NCBI GenBank assembly: GCA_964016885.1
Contig: OZ024759.1
Coordinates: 14,942,001 to 15,006,000 of the forward strand
Source of the DNA: Eledone cirrhosa
Taxonomy: Eukaryota
Reading direction: 5' to 3'
Length of the DNA stretch: 64,000 nucleotides
Part shown: positions 38,791-64,000 of the stretch, in pieces
Layout of the letters: every line of letters starts with the position of its first letter
How positions within the stretch are numbered: the first letter of the stretch is position 1
The notes under the pieces: model-generated
What the model was told of the DNA's origin: nothing
Database searches by the model: none
Seen by the model: the letters and a program-made list of their open reading frames with translations, nothing else
Program-made: the position numbers and the translations under genes

Positions 38791-39041
38791 AAAAAAATAT
38801 ATATGTGTGTGCGTGTGTGTTTACACAGATATAAATAAATATATATATATATGTGTGTGTGTGTTTACACAGATATAAATGTAAGTATATATAGAGAGAT
38901 AAGATAGAGAGGAAAATATATACATATGCATATGTTTATATATGCAAATGTACATATAGATAGACAAACGTGTACGAATATAAACTCACATATATGAATA
39001 TACACATACATATATGAATACAGAGAGAGAGAGATAGATAG

Positions 39042-39398
39042 ATATTAAAACAATGAAATTAAACACAAAACTGTTAATTCATAGGAAAACATTATTTTAC
39101 GATCGTTTCTGAGGGGTAGTTCCCTGTATGTTCATTCAATTATTGATCTATGTAAAACATAGTACAAGATATCATAGTACCCTCCCACCCCCAGAAACGA
39201 TCGTAAAATAATGTGTTTTACTATGAATTAACAGTTTTGTGTTTAATTTCCTTGTTTTAATATTTCTATTTTGACTCTGTATCCAATTGAATTATATCGT
39301 TGATAAAAATGTTTATATTTTAAACTTTGCTTCACGTCATCTACATACGGATTAATTTGAGTTCTTTATACAGTTTAGACCCTACCATTGAGTGGTAG

Positions 39399-39400
<2 letters not shown>
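39042..39400. mobile_element. PLE-like foldback remnant
   Basis: Arms 39042-39118 / 39187-39263 each carry gaaacgatcgta, as at 1845. Confidence 0.65.
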
Positions 39401-39442
<42 letters not shown>

Positions 39443-39481
39443 GCATATGCATATTCATATATATGTATATATATAGAGAGA

Positions 39482-39693
39482 GAGAGAGAAAATTGAGGTT
39501 GGTAATGGCACATGGAATATATAAGAGACAGAATACTTTTTTGTGAAAAAACATATAATTTTATAAGGTAAGGAAAGAATAAAGGGTATTATACCCTTTA
39601 TTCTTTCCTTACCTTATAAAATTATATGTTTTTTCACAAAAAAGTATTCTGTCTCATATATTCCATGTGCCATTACCACCCTCAATTTTCTCT
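39482..39693. repeat. Long near-perfect hairpin (~105-bp arms, centre gggtattataccc) between TA tracts
   Basis: Directly visible inverted repeat. Confidence 0.9.
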
Positions 39694-39724
39694 ATAAACT
39701 TCGTTTTGTGTAGAAACTTACACT

Positions 39725-39772
<48 letters not shown>

Positions 39773-40078
39773 GTGTCTGTGTTTGTGTACATACGTAATT
39801 TGAAATAAGGTATGGATTCTTCCTACTTGTGTATATAATGGAAATTCTGTGTCAATACATTATGCAAGAGACTTTTATTACAAGATGCTTGACAATCTAT
39901 ACACGGATTTTCCTTCTGTAAAAATTGTTGCTGTCTTCTTACTACCGCCTATCTTTCTGTTTTTTATCTCTATTTCATTATATATGTTGATGACGGACTA
40001 ACACCGGAAACCCGAAACGTTAATATATATCATCATTGTATTGTTCTATGTTTTTCCTTGTTAATTTCCACACCCCTC

Positions 40079-40345
40079 TCTCGATCTCTCTCAACTCAGA
40101 GTTGTACGGGAGCCTCCTAAAAGTCAGCTTGAAAGTTACAAGGAGGAGACTGAGGTTAGCGACATTCAGATTTGACACTGCACTCAGTGGTCCTGTTGGA
40201 TCCCCGTACACGGACACACTAGAAGAGGGAGACCGATGTGGACATATATTGATGCACTTAGGACAAACATTGGTCTCTGGGAGATGCAGCACAGAGACCG
40301 CTGGAGAGAGCTCGTCCATGGATCTCAGGAATTCTACCCACCCTA
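40079..40345 (+). mobile_element. RTE 3' end fragment
   Basis: NSELYGSLLKVSLKVTRRRLRLA matches the 24-kb element end. Confidence 0.85.
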
Positions 40346-42227
40346 GATGAGAGAGATGAGATATATATCAAGAGAGAGATATGTATATATGTATGAGTGT
40401 ATGTATATATATATGTGTGAGTGTATATATATATATTTATGTGTGTGTATGTGTATATATATATATATATATATATAGATATATATATATATGATGTCGT
40501 GGATTGGCTGCCAGGCATGTGTTTGTGAAAGAATCTGTAGTTGCAGGTATCCATATATAAGCGGATACCTATTGTAATTGTGCATAAACTTGTTCATAGA
40601 AACAGGCTTGAAAACATTGTATGTAAAGAAAGCAATGCTGGTTAGTCTCTTGAATTTATACATGTGTATGTGACGAATGCAGATGTGACTATCTCTTTAC
40701 ATGTATATATATGTGAATGGACGTCTGTACTTGTGTATGTAGATATATTTATATGGACACGTGTATGTTTTCGTGAATGTATGTGTGTGTGTCTGTGTGT
40801 CTGTGTGTGTGTGCTTACGTGTTCCACCCCCAGTTCCACCCCACCTGTACGGGGTTCGATAAAATAAAGTACCAGTAATGCACTGGATTTGATCGACTTG
40901 ATCTGATCGACTTCCCCCTTCCCCAAAATTGTTGGCCGCCTCGTGCCTAAATCAGAAATCAATGTTTTCATTTTTAATTTACCATATTTGCCAGCCTATT
41001 AGACGCACTTTGTTTTTCAAGAAGACATAAAATCTTGCTTGAATCCAATAAGGTCGGATCACCAATGTGAGGCTGAACGGAGGGAGGTTATATACAAATG
41101 TTTTCTTGCGATAGTCAATTTGTATTTTGTCACGTTTTAAAATCGAATCTTTCCCCTACGCAGTGGAACTAATGTTATCTCGCAGCGCACCAACCGATAC
41201 ACAGGTATCGAGAGAGAGGGGGGGATTAAAGAGCAGGTCACTACACAGTAGCTAGAAATAGTAGCCAAATCTCCCTCCCTCAAAATACAGGAGCTCTGTT
41301 TAGGAGTTACTTGCTAGCGTATGCTGTATCTGTATTAACCAATACAGTAGAACCTCTACATGCTCTGGAAGTCTGTGTTTTATATTACTTTTTATATTAT
41401 TTTTCCTCGCAAAAATTCGCTAGGGCTTAATTTGAGGATAGGGTTTATATTGAATAGCAACATAAATCTCATGCTAAGGTTTATTTTTTGAGCAAGAGAA
41501 AAAATGAGAGTTTTAAAGGTATATTCTTTCAAAAAGCATCAAATTTTATAGGAAGAACCCTAAATGTTTTCCTCAAAGTTCTATCAACTAATGACTCTGA
41601 AGATTAAAAATAAAAACGCCATTATAGTCGAGGAAATAGGGTGTAATAATAATAAAAATTACTATTGTGTTTTGACAATTGCCAAAGACACCAGCACACT
41701 TGGCTACGAACCAAGATGTTATGCTCAGTTAAAAAGCTTCTCCCTGCAAAAAGAAAGTACTTTATTAAATACACCCATGGTCCAGGCGTTGCATGTAATA
41801 TCCCTCGGCTTTTGTGAAAAACAATATTTAAAAATATTAAAGATTTTATTACTTACTGTCCGTATAAGATGTCCTGTAAACATCAATTTCGTAGGTCCTC
41901 CGCTGAGCCACTTGAAAATACGTCATTACGCATGCGTGAACCGCTATGTACTTCCCCCTTTGAGGTAACGACGTAAGCCAGGACAAACACTGGTCTCGTG
42001 GAGATGCAGGACAGAGACCGCTGGAGAGAGCTTGTCCATGGATCTCAGGAATTTTACCCGCCCTGGATGAGAGAGATGAGATATATATATAAAGAGAGAG
42101 AGAGATATGTATATATGTGTGAGTGTATGTATATATATTTATGTGTATGTATGTATATATATGTGAATGGACGTCTGTACTTGTGTATGTAGATATATTT
42201 ATATGTACACGTGTATGTTTTCGTGAA

Positions 42228-42272
<45 letters not shown>

Positions 42273-45200
42273 TTATGTGCGTGTGTATATGCGCTGAAAG
42301 CATCTCTGATTTGGGTGGGGGCAGGGGACAAATTTGGTCAATTTAGTTGTAGTGATTAATTTAGCTGTTATCAAATATCAAGCAAGATGTTAAAAAACTT
42401 CGATATGTGATAAACATAACATGAACATAAATTGTAGCGCATATACAAACAGGTGTGTTTTTCGGTCGTTTGGTGAGAACACACTAATAGGGGTGGGGCC
42501 CAGTTCCACCCCACCTGTACGGGGTCGATAAAATAAAGTACCAATAATGCACTGGATTTGATCGACTTGATCTAATCGACTTCCCCCTTCCCCAAAATTG
42601 TTGGCCGCCTCGTGCCTAAATCAGAAATCAATGTTTTCATTTTTAATTTACCATATTTGCCAGCCTATTAGACGCACTTTGTTTTTCAAGAAGACATAAA
42701 ATCTTGCTTGAATCCAATAAGGTCGGATCACCAATGTGAGGCTGAACGGAGGAGAGTTATATACAAATGTTTTCTTGCGATAGTCAGTTTGTATTTTGTC
42801 ACGTTTTAAAATCGAATCTTTCCCCTACGCAGTGGAACTAATGTTATCTCGCAGCGCACCAACCGATACACAGGTATTGAGAGGGGGGGGGATTAAAGAG
42901 CAGGTCACTACACAGTAGCTAGAAATAGTAGCCAAATCTCCCTCAAAATACAGGAGCTCTGTTTAGGAGTTACTTGCTAGTGTATGCTGTATTAACCAAT
43001 ACAGTAGAACCTCTACATGCTCTGGAAGTCTGTGTTTTATATTACTTTTTATATTATTTTTCCTCGCAAAAATTCGCTAGGGCTTAATTTCAGGATAGGG
43101 TTTATATTGAATAGCAACATAAATCTCATGCTAAGGTTTATTTTTTTTTAGCAGGGGAAAAAACGAGAGTTTTAAAGGTATATTCTTTCAAAAAGCATCA
43201 AATTTTATAGGAAGAACCCTAAATGTTTTCCTCAAAGTTCTATCAACTAATTACTCTGAAGATTAAAAATAAAAACGCCATTATAGTCGAGGAAATTGGG
43301 TGTAATAATAATAAAAATTATTATTGTGTTTTGACAATTGCCAAAGACACCAGCACACTTGGCTACGAACCAAGATGTTATGCTCAGTTAAAAAGCTTCT
43401 CCCTGCAAAAGGAAAGTACTTTATTAAATTCACCCATGGTCCAGGCGTTGCATGTAATATCCCTCGGCTTTTGTGAAAAACAATATTTAAAAATATTAAA
43501 GATTTTATTACTTACTGTCCGTATAAGATGTCCTGTAAACGTCAATTTCGTAGGTCCTCCGCTGAGCCACTTGAAAATACGTCATTACGCATGCGTGAAC
43601 CGCTATGTACTTCCCCCTTTGAGGTAACGACGTAAGCCAGGACAAACACTGGTCTCTGGGAGATGCAGGACAGAGACCGCTGGAGAGAGCTTGTCCATGG
43701 ATCTCAGGAATTTTACCCGCCCTGGATGAGAGAGATGAGATATATATATAAAGAGAGAGAGAGATATGTATATATGTGTGAGTGTATGTATGTATATTTA
43801 TGTGTATGTATGTATATATATATATGTGAATGAACGTCTGTACTTGTGTATGCAGATATATTTATATGTACACGTGTATGTTTTCGTGAATGTGTGTGTC
43901 TGTGTTTTTAAATTTGTGTGTGGGTGCGTGCTTATGTGCGTATATATATGCGCTAAAAGCATCTCTGATTTAGGTGGGGGCAGGGGACAAATTTGGTCAA
44001 TTTAGTTGTAGTGATTAATTTAGCTGTTATCAAATATCAAGCAAGATGTTAAAAAACTTCGATATGTGATAAACATAACATGAACATAAATTGTAGCGCA
44101 TATACAAACAGGTGTGTTTTTCGGTAGTTTGGTGAGAACACACTAATAGGGGTGGGGCCCAGTTCCACCCCACCTATACGGGGTCGATAAAATAAAGTAC
44201 CAATAATGCACTGGATTTGATCGACTTGATCTAATCGACTTCCCCCTTCCCCCAAAATTGTTGGCCGCCTCGTGCCTAAATCAGAAATCAATGTTTTCAT
44301 TTTTAATTTACCATATTTGCCAGCCTATTAGACGCACTTTGTTTTTCAAGAAGACATAAAATCTTGCTTGAATCCAATAAGGTCGGATCACCAATGTGAG
44401 GCTGAACGGAGGAGAGTTATATACAAATGTTTTCTTGCGATAGTCAGTTTGTATTTTGTCACGTTTTAAAATCGAATCTTTCCCCTACGCAGTGGAACTA
44501 ATGTTATCTCGCAGCGCACCAACCGATACACAGGTATCGAGAGAGAGGGGGGGGATTAAAGAGCAGGTCACTACACAGTAGCTAGAAATAGTAGCCAAAT
44601 CTCCCTCAAAATACAGGAGCTCTGTTTAGGAGTTACTTGCTAGCGTCTTCTGTATCTGTATTAACCAATACAGTAGAACCTCTACATGCTCTGGAAGTCT
44701 GTGTTTTATATTACTTTTTATATTATTTTTCCTCGCAAAAATTCGCTAGGGCTTAATTTCAGGATAGGGTTTAAATTGAATAGCAACATAAATCTCATGC
44801 TAAGGTTTATTTTTTGAGCAAGGGAAAAAACGAGAGTTTTAAAGGTATATTCTTTCAAAAAGCATCAAATTTTATAGGAAGAACCCTAAATGTTTTCCTC
44901 AAAGTTCTATCAACTAATGACTCTGAAGATTAAAAATAAAAACGCCATTATAGTCGAGGAAATAGGGTGTAATAATAATAAAAATTACTATTGTGTTTTG
45001 ACAATTGCCAAAGACACCAGCACACTTGGCTACGAACCAAGATGTTATGCTCAGTTAAAAAACTTCTCCCTGCAAAAAGAAAGTACTTTATTAAATACAC
45101 CCATGGTCCAGTCGTTGCATGTAATATGCCTCGGCTTTTGTGAAAAACAATATTTTAAAATATTAAAGATTTTATTACTTACTGTCCGTATAAGATGTCC

Positions 45201-45303
45201 TGTAAACGTCAATTTCGTAAATCCTCCGCTTAGCCACTTCAGAATACGTCATTACGCATGCGTGAACCGCTATGTACTTCCCCCTTCGAGGCTATGACGT
45301 AAG
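40260..45303. repeat. Tandem triplication, ~1.66-kb period (RTE tail, microsatellite, SINE piece, unique segment)
   Basis: Anchor cccagttccaccccacc at ~40829, ~42499 and ~44158; junction gacgtaag|ccaggacaaac at ~41977 and ~43636. Confidence 0.95.
44312..44401 (-). other. Candidate 90-nt exon ending in ATG (apparently identical copies at 42652-42741 and 40983-41072)
   Basis: Acceptor tataactctcctccgttcag|, donor ATG|gtaaat; open in phase 0 (PHIGDPTLLDSSKILCLLEKQSASNRLANM). Confidence 0.5.
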
Positions 45304-45320
45304 ACGGGAAGTGGTTACAC
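45183..45320 (-). promoter_or_regulatory. Candidate promoter and first exon (truncated copies ending at 41857 and 43516)
   Basis: Perfect GTAAGT donor at 45177-45182; CpG-rich patch with acgcatgcgt (NRF1-like), tgacgta twice (CRE-like) and ggaagt (ETS-like). Confidence 0.5.
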
Positions 45321-45346
45321 GCCTTTGGCTATCGTCTGCTATGTGA

Positions 45347-45824
45347 CAGACCTATTACATCTACCACCCCAGATGAAAATAAAATATAGCGTTCAGACCT
45401 CTCCAAATGCGGTCACCCTCAGGTCAAGTAAAAATATAGCGTTCAGACCTTTCTGAATGCGGTCACCCTAACGGAATTTCTCTGCCACCTCAGATCAATA
45501 AATAATATGTCGTTCAGACCTCTCGTTTACCACATTGGACTCTCAATACTTGAATGTTAATATTTATTATATTACACACGTATTTGAGACAGGTTTAATA
45601 ATATCATTTATATAATTTTAAAAAGTAGGTTTTTGATTTATTTCTTTAGAATTTTGGAGCCGAATTTACGTTTTTCCTACGATAATTTGATGCGTTTTGA
45701 ACTTTACAACGTGGGCTGGGTGCTTTTTGTGTTGAAACCTACACGACCATTTTACAGTGTGGGCTGGCGAATTGGGCGGGGGAGATGCATGGGGAATTGG
45801 GGAGGTAGATCTAGGAGTAGGCTG
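45347..45824. mobile_element. MITE-like element with imperfect TIRs and internal subrepeats
   Basis: cagacctattacatctaccacccca versus tggggaggtagatctaggagtaggctg; gcgttcagacct-like repeat three times. Confidence 0.45.
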
Positions 45825-45992
45825 TTAAGACGTGGGAGGTGTATGTGAGGGGTGATGGAAGCGAAGATGGTGCATGATAGATGTATACCTCAGCCCCTAC
45901 ATATGGGAAGGCGGGCCTTTTTGTATTATTGTATAGCGCCAGAGATCACGGTCGTGAGTCATCGACTTTCAGAGGTGCAATTGTATAAGGCC

Positions 45993-46545
45993 AATTCAAA
46001 GGACCAGCCTGAAATTTCTGAATCTCCCTGAGAACTCGTTTACGGTGCACGTGTCTATGGAATACTTAATCAATTACACTGTAATACAAGAATGATTTCA
46101 TGTAATACAAAGGGTCAGTTGTGTCACATACTGTGAAGTGCTGAATCTCCCTGATAATTACGTTAACAGTACACGTGTTTGTGGGATGCTCAGCCGCTTA
46201 ACATTATAATACAAGATGGGCTGTACCTGTAAATTCAAAGAGCCAGCCTTTCTCACATACTGTGCCATACTGGATCTCCCTGAGAACTGCTTTCAGACTT
46301 ACACGTGTCTGTGGAATGCTCAGCCACTTACACTAAAGTACATTATGGACTGTACCTGTAATACAATGGACCAGCTTCGTCAGGCATACTGAGAACTATA
46401 TTAAGGGTACACGTGTCTGTGGAATGCTCAACTACCTAATCTAAAATACATTATGGCCAATTTTGTCCGTGTTCGTTGAATGCTCGGGCACTTGCATGAT
46501 ATGTTCACAAGCATGCTGTGCTGTTGTTCTGACAGTGATCGTGCG
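45993..46545 (-). repeat. Tandemly amplified SINE-derived segment, ~4 diverged units
   Basis: Recurrent caaag..ccagc, atctccctga and acacgtgtctgtggaatgctca motifs. Confidence 0.7.
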
Positions 46546-46739
46546 AACCGACGGAGGTTCAAAGCCAACCGCGAGCGCGTGTGCACACACATTAAACCTC
46601 AACTATGGTGGAAAAACCAGGATATAATTGACAGCAGCATTATCTATGGAAACAAATCGGGGATATTACCGAGTTTGTTAACAGTTTAATTATAATGGTG
46701 CTGATGATGATGATGATGTTGATAATTTGGATGATAATG

Positions 46740-60160
<13,421 letters not shown>

Positions 60161-60179
60161 CACAGACACAGTCACACAC

Positions 60180-61630
60180 TTGGTGGTGGTGGTTGTGGTG
60201 TGAAGATGGTGGTGGTGGTGTTGGTGGTGGTGGTGATGATGAGGGTGGGTGGTGGGGTGGGGGTGATAGGGGTGGAGTGGGGGTGGGGGTGACGAGGGGT
60301 CGATGACGGTGGGGGTGGTGATGAGGGTGGGGGTGGTGATGGTGATGAGGGTGGGGGTGGTGGTGATGAGGGTGGGGTGGTGTTGGTGAGGGTGGGGGTC
60401 GGGGTGATGGGGGATGATTGGGGTGGTGAGGGGGGTTGTGGTGGTGAGGGGGCCCTGGGGGGTCATGAGAGGGGGGACGAGAGGAGGGATGAGCGTGGTG
60501 GCGATGGTGGTGGTGGTGGTGGTGGTGGTGGTGGTGGTGGTGGTGGTGGTGGTGGTGGTGGTGGTGGTGAGAGGGGGGTGAGGGGGTGGTGTTGATGAGG
60601 GTGGGGTGGTGATGAGGGTGGGGGTGGGGGTGGTGATGAGGGTGGGGGTGGTGATGAGGCTGGTGGGGGTGGTGATGAGGTTGGGGGCGGCGGTGGTGAT
60701 GAGGGTGGGGGTGGTAATGAAGGCGGTGGTGGTGGTGATGATGGGGAGGGGGGTATGTGTGTGTGGGGGGGCGTGAATGTGGTGGTGGTGGTGATTGTAG
60801 TGGGGGTGGTAGTGGTGTTGCTGCTGGCGAAGATGGTGGTGGTGACGATGGTGGTGGTGACGATGGTGGTATTGGTGGTGGTGGTGGAGGTGGTGGTGGT
60901 GGTCCTGGTGGTGGTGGTGGAGGTGGTGGTGGTGGTTGATGTGGTGTTGGTGGTAGTGATTGTGATGGTTGTGGTGGCGGTGACGTTGGTGGTGGTGGAG
61001 GTGGTGGCGGTGGTGGTGGTGGTGTTGGTGGTAGAGGTGGTAGTAGTGGTAGTGGTGGTGGTGGTGGTGGAGGTGTTGGTGTGGGGATTATGGGTTACGG
61101 TGGTGGTGGTAGTGGTGGTGGTGGTGGGGTTGGGGGATGGTGGCCTTGATGATGATGATGATGATGGTGGTGGAGGATGGACTGTTGATGATGATAATGA
61201 TTGTGAGTACGATGATGATGATTACAGGTGTGTGGGGATGACGGGGTGGGGATGATTATTATGATGATGATGATGATGCTCTTGGTGATTATAGTGATGG
61301 TGATGACGATGATGATGATGGTAGTGAAGATGGTGGCGATGATGTCGATGATGATGATGGGACCCATTGTGGTGGTGGTGATGACATATATGATGATAAT
61401 GATGTTTGTGATGATGATGGTGATGATGATGATGTTTATGTTGGTGGTGGTGATGACATATAGGAAGGTGATGATGATGGTGATGATGATGATGATGATG
61501 ATGCAGATTATGTTCATAGTGTTCATATTGAAGATGATATTGACTGCTTTGATGATGATGATGCTGAAAGTGTGATGATGATGATGATGATGATGCTGAT
61601 TATGTTTGATGATGATGATGCTGATGATGA
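60180..61630. repeat. G-rich (GGT)n / gagggtgggggtggtgat repeats grading into (GAT)n
   Basis: Directly visible. Confidence 0.9.
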
Positions 61631-61765
61631 CAGCTTCAGGTGTGATGGTTTGGCCCAAAGTCTGCTTTAACCGGATTGTTCTGTTATCAAAGGTGTTCCC
61701 ATTATAAATATATGTTGTAAGATACGTCGGGCAAATTATAGTCTGACAGCCTTTCATCTTTACAG

Positions 61766-62300
61766 GGTCGATAAAATAAAGTACCAGTAATGCACTGGGG
61801 TAATTGCTGGTCTTGTGCCAAATGGTCGATAAAATAAAGTACCAGTAATACACTGGTGTAATTGCTGGTCTTGTGCCAAATGGTCGATAAAATAAAGTAC
61901 CAGTAATGAACTGGGGTAATTGCTGGTCTTGTGCCAAATGGTCGATAAAATAAAGTACCAGTAATACACTGGGGTAATTGCTGGTCTTGTGCCAAATGGT
62001 CGATAAAATAAAGTACCAGTAATACACTGGTGTAATTGCTGGTCTTATGCCAAATGGTCGATAAAATAAAGTACCAGTAATGAACTGGGGTAATTGCTGG
62101 TCTTCTGCCAAATGGTCGATAAAATAAAGTACCAGTAATACACTGGAGTAATTGCTGGTCTTGTGCCAAATGGTCGATAAAATAAAGTACCAGTAATACA
62201 CTGGGCTAATTGCTGGTCTTGTGCCAAATAGTCGATAAAATAAAGTACCAGTAATACACTGGAGTAATTGCTGGTCTTGTGCCAAAAGTAGAAACAAGTA
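61766..62300 (+). repeat. 58-bp tandem array (9 copies) derived from the SINE 3' half
   Basis: Unit starts at 61766, 61824, 61882, 61940, 61998, 62056, 62114, 62172 and 62230; the array ends in the SINE tail gtagaaacaag. Confidence 0.95.
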
Positions 62301-62321
62301 TTACTATTATTGTTATTATTA

Positions 62322-62690
62322 AGGGCGGTTAACTTTGCCTTTCATCTTTACATGGTCGATAAAATAAAGTACCAGTAATACACTGGGATAATTGCTGGTC
62401 TTGTGCCAAAAGTAGAAACTGTTATTATTAAGGGCGGTGGTTTGGCAGTATCAGTAGAGCGTCAGACGCCATGCTTTGTGGTATATAGTTATTGTGCTCA
62501 AATCAGAAGGCGGTAGATTGGCAGTGTCGATAGAGCATCAGACACCATGGTTTTCAGCATAGAGTTATGGCCCTTTACTTCTGCGTTCAAATCCCGCCGA
62601 TGTTAACTTTCCCTTTCATCCTTACTGGGTCGATAAAATAAAGTACCAGTAATGCACTGGGGTGTTTGCTGGCCTTGTGCCATTATTATT
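62322..62690 (+). mobile_element. Cluster of SINE copies (62322-62430 deleted, 62432-62490 5' part, 62508-62690 near full-length)
   Basis: A box tggcagt, B box gttcaaatcc, central block. Confidence 0.85.
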
Positions 62691-62696
62691 ATAGGC

Positions 62697-63255
62697 TAAT
62701 GGAAGGTGAATGCGTCGCTCCCGGCGCGTAAAGACTACAAAGACCGGTTTAACGAATTAGTTAAGCGAGCGTTCACAAGATCAGTCGTGTCCAACAAATG
62801 ATGGATCAAAGAAGAATCCGTTACGTTTAACAAGGCTCTAGTGATAGAAAAGAATAGACAATAGGGAGAACTAGTTAGGTGGTTAGTGGAGGAAAAGGGC
62901 AACGACGTCCTTGGGGAAACTCTGGGTGTCGAGGAAAGCCAAATAGCTATTATCTTCCGGAGGACTTTCTGTCCAGGGCCAGGGGATAACTTCCAAAATT
63001 CTCTTGCCTGGCAGTGCAACTGGGGACCATAGCCAGTTCGTGATAAACTTTACAGTCATGGAAGTGCCGTCAGAAAGGCCTGTCCAAGATGCACGCAGAG
63101 TGACGAGACCGTCCTATACGCATTCTTCCAGTGTCCGAGCATTGCTAACTTATGAGTTTATGTCGAACAACCAGGAAGGCCAGGCAGTTTTATCTGACTT
63201 GTGGCCATAGTGAAAGAGGTCATATGGTGGACGCGTCTAAAAGGGTTAAAGACGA
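62697..63255 (+). mobile_element. L1/Tx1-clade LINE ORF2 remnant, internally deleted
   Basis: WKVNASL (post-endonuclease WKLN motif), DNFQNSLAWQC and CPRCTQSDETVLYAFFQCP (zf-RVT-like), with stops and frameshifts. Confidence 0.75.
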
Positions 63256-63259
63256 GCAA

Positions 63260-63387
63260 TTTTACATACAGTAATATCGAAATGCAGAGATTTTCTCCAT
63301 AAATTATATCACTGATTTAAAATCAATCATAATTTTCTTACAAATAAAATGTGTGAAACGCAGCAATGCACGGGTAATTCGGCTAGT
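63260..63387 (+). mobile_element. Helitron-like 3' end
   Basis: gcaatgcacgggtaattcggCTAGT followed by a TA tract. Confidence 0.5.
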
Positions 63388-63485
63388 ATATATATATATA
63401 TACACACGCCGTACGTTACAACTGTCCACAGTACAGAGTACTCACAACCTCTAACTGGATTACCTATAACGATAACTTGTTATCC

Positions 63486-63516
<31 letters not shown>

Positions 63517-63649
63517 GAAAGGTATAGAAATTGTTTTAGCGATAAGCTAACAGTATTCCATAACATATATATATAGATAAACATATATATACATGTATTA
63601 TATAGAGATGCGAGAAACCCCCACCCACCCCATCTCAATTCTACTTTTG

Positions 63650-63806
63650 AAAAGCATGAGAACTGTGAAACCGGTAAAGGAAAGAAATAAATATTCTTAA
63701 AAAGACTCCAGTTGCTTTTTCGATTTCATCTTTTTTTCTAATACTTTCACTCGTGTAGAACATCTCTTTTTTTTTCACATTTAAAAAAAAAAAAACTCAT
63801 TTTCTT
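63650..63806 (+). mobile_element. PLE-like tail, same family as 6757-6870
   Basis: gactccagttgc..ttcgatttcatc..tactttcactcgtgtag shared; gaaaccggta hammerhead 3' half. Confidence 0.55.
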
Positions 63807-63820
63807 ATATATATATATAT

Positions 63821-64000
63821 ACTAGCATTAAAGCCCGGCGTTGCTCGGGGTCATTAAGTTACCAAAGTTAGGTTGCACCACCCATTTTATGGCAGCACTT
63901 TTTTGTCTGCCAGGCACTGGGTGAATGAATTGCAGACATGGAAGCATGAGCTGCGCCAGCAGTGACAATTGTAGTTTCGCCTATGGATATTATCTCTGTG
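63821..64000 (-). mobile_element. Helitron-like element, 3' terminus at 63821
   Basis: Minus strand: hairpin cccgagcaacgccggg, 8 nt, then CTAG-T into a TA tract. Confidence 0.6.

Noticed and set aside
39826-39914. Possible minus-strand exon KENPCIDCQASC
   Set aside because: Weak donor, and the region is better explained as a plus-strand PLE remnant upstream of the degenerate hammerhead at ~39987-40022.
41564-45297. 134-aa ORF present in all three tandem copies
   Set aside because: No recognisable domain; differences, especially in copy 3, are largely non-synonymous; recent duplication explains its persistence; splice signals favour the opposite strand.
60180-61200. Telomeric repeat or functional G-quadruplex locus
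   Set aside because: No TTAGGG-type array; ordinary GGT-derived low-complexity sequence with no evidence of function.
61095-62297. 400-aa ORF with repeated motifs
   Set aside because: Translation of the 58-bp SINE satellite cycling through frames, plus (CAT)n.
61766-62300. CRISPR-like appearance of the 58-bp array and of the 47-60 kb array
   Set aside because: No unique spacers, no cas genes and a eukaryotic context; the 58-bp unit is a SINE segment.

Overview
AT-rich eukaryotic DNA dominated by repeats. The tRNA-derived SINE families, RTE LINEs and very long (TA)n/(TAG)n microsatellites look like an octopod cephalopod genome (inference from recalled repeat families, not a database search). 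Almost all long ORFs in the track are microsatellite artefacts, and no intact host CDS can be identified with confidence. Supported content: a near full-length but frameshifted RTE LINE (24377-27548, -) plus RTE, L1/Tx1, SINE, MITE and Helitron remnants. There are many Penelope-like (PLE) terminal remnants abutting (TA)n tracts, often as foldback hairpins; several carry type I hammerhead ribozyme folds, three with complete cores and compensatory base changes. A 1.66-kb triplication (40260-45303) appears to copy a promoter plus two spliceable 5' exons on the minus strand. A ~13.5-kb array (46740-60160) alternates a near-invariant ~243-bp unit with modular, hypervariable (TAG)n blocks. A 58-bp SINE-derived tandem array lies at 61766-62300.
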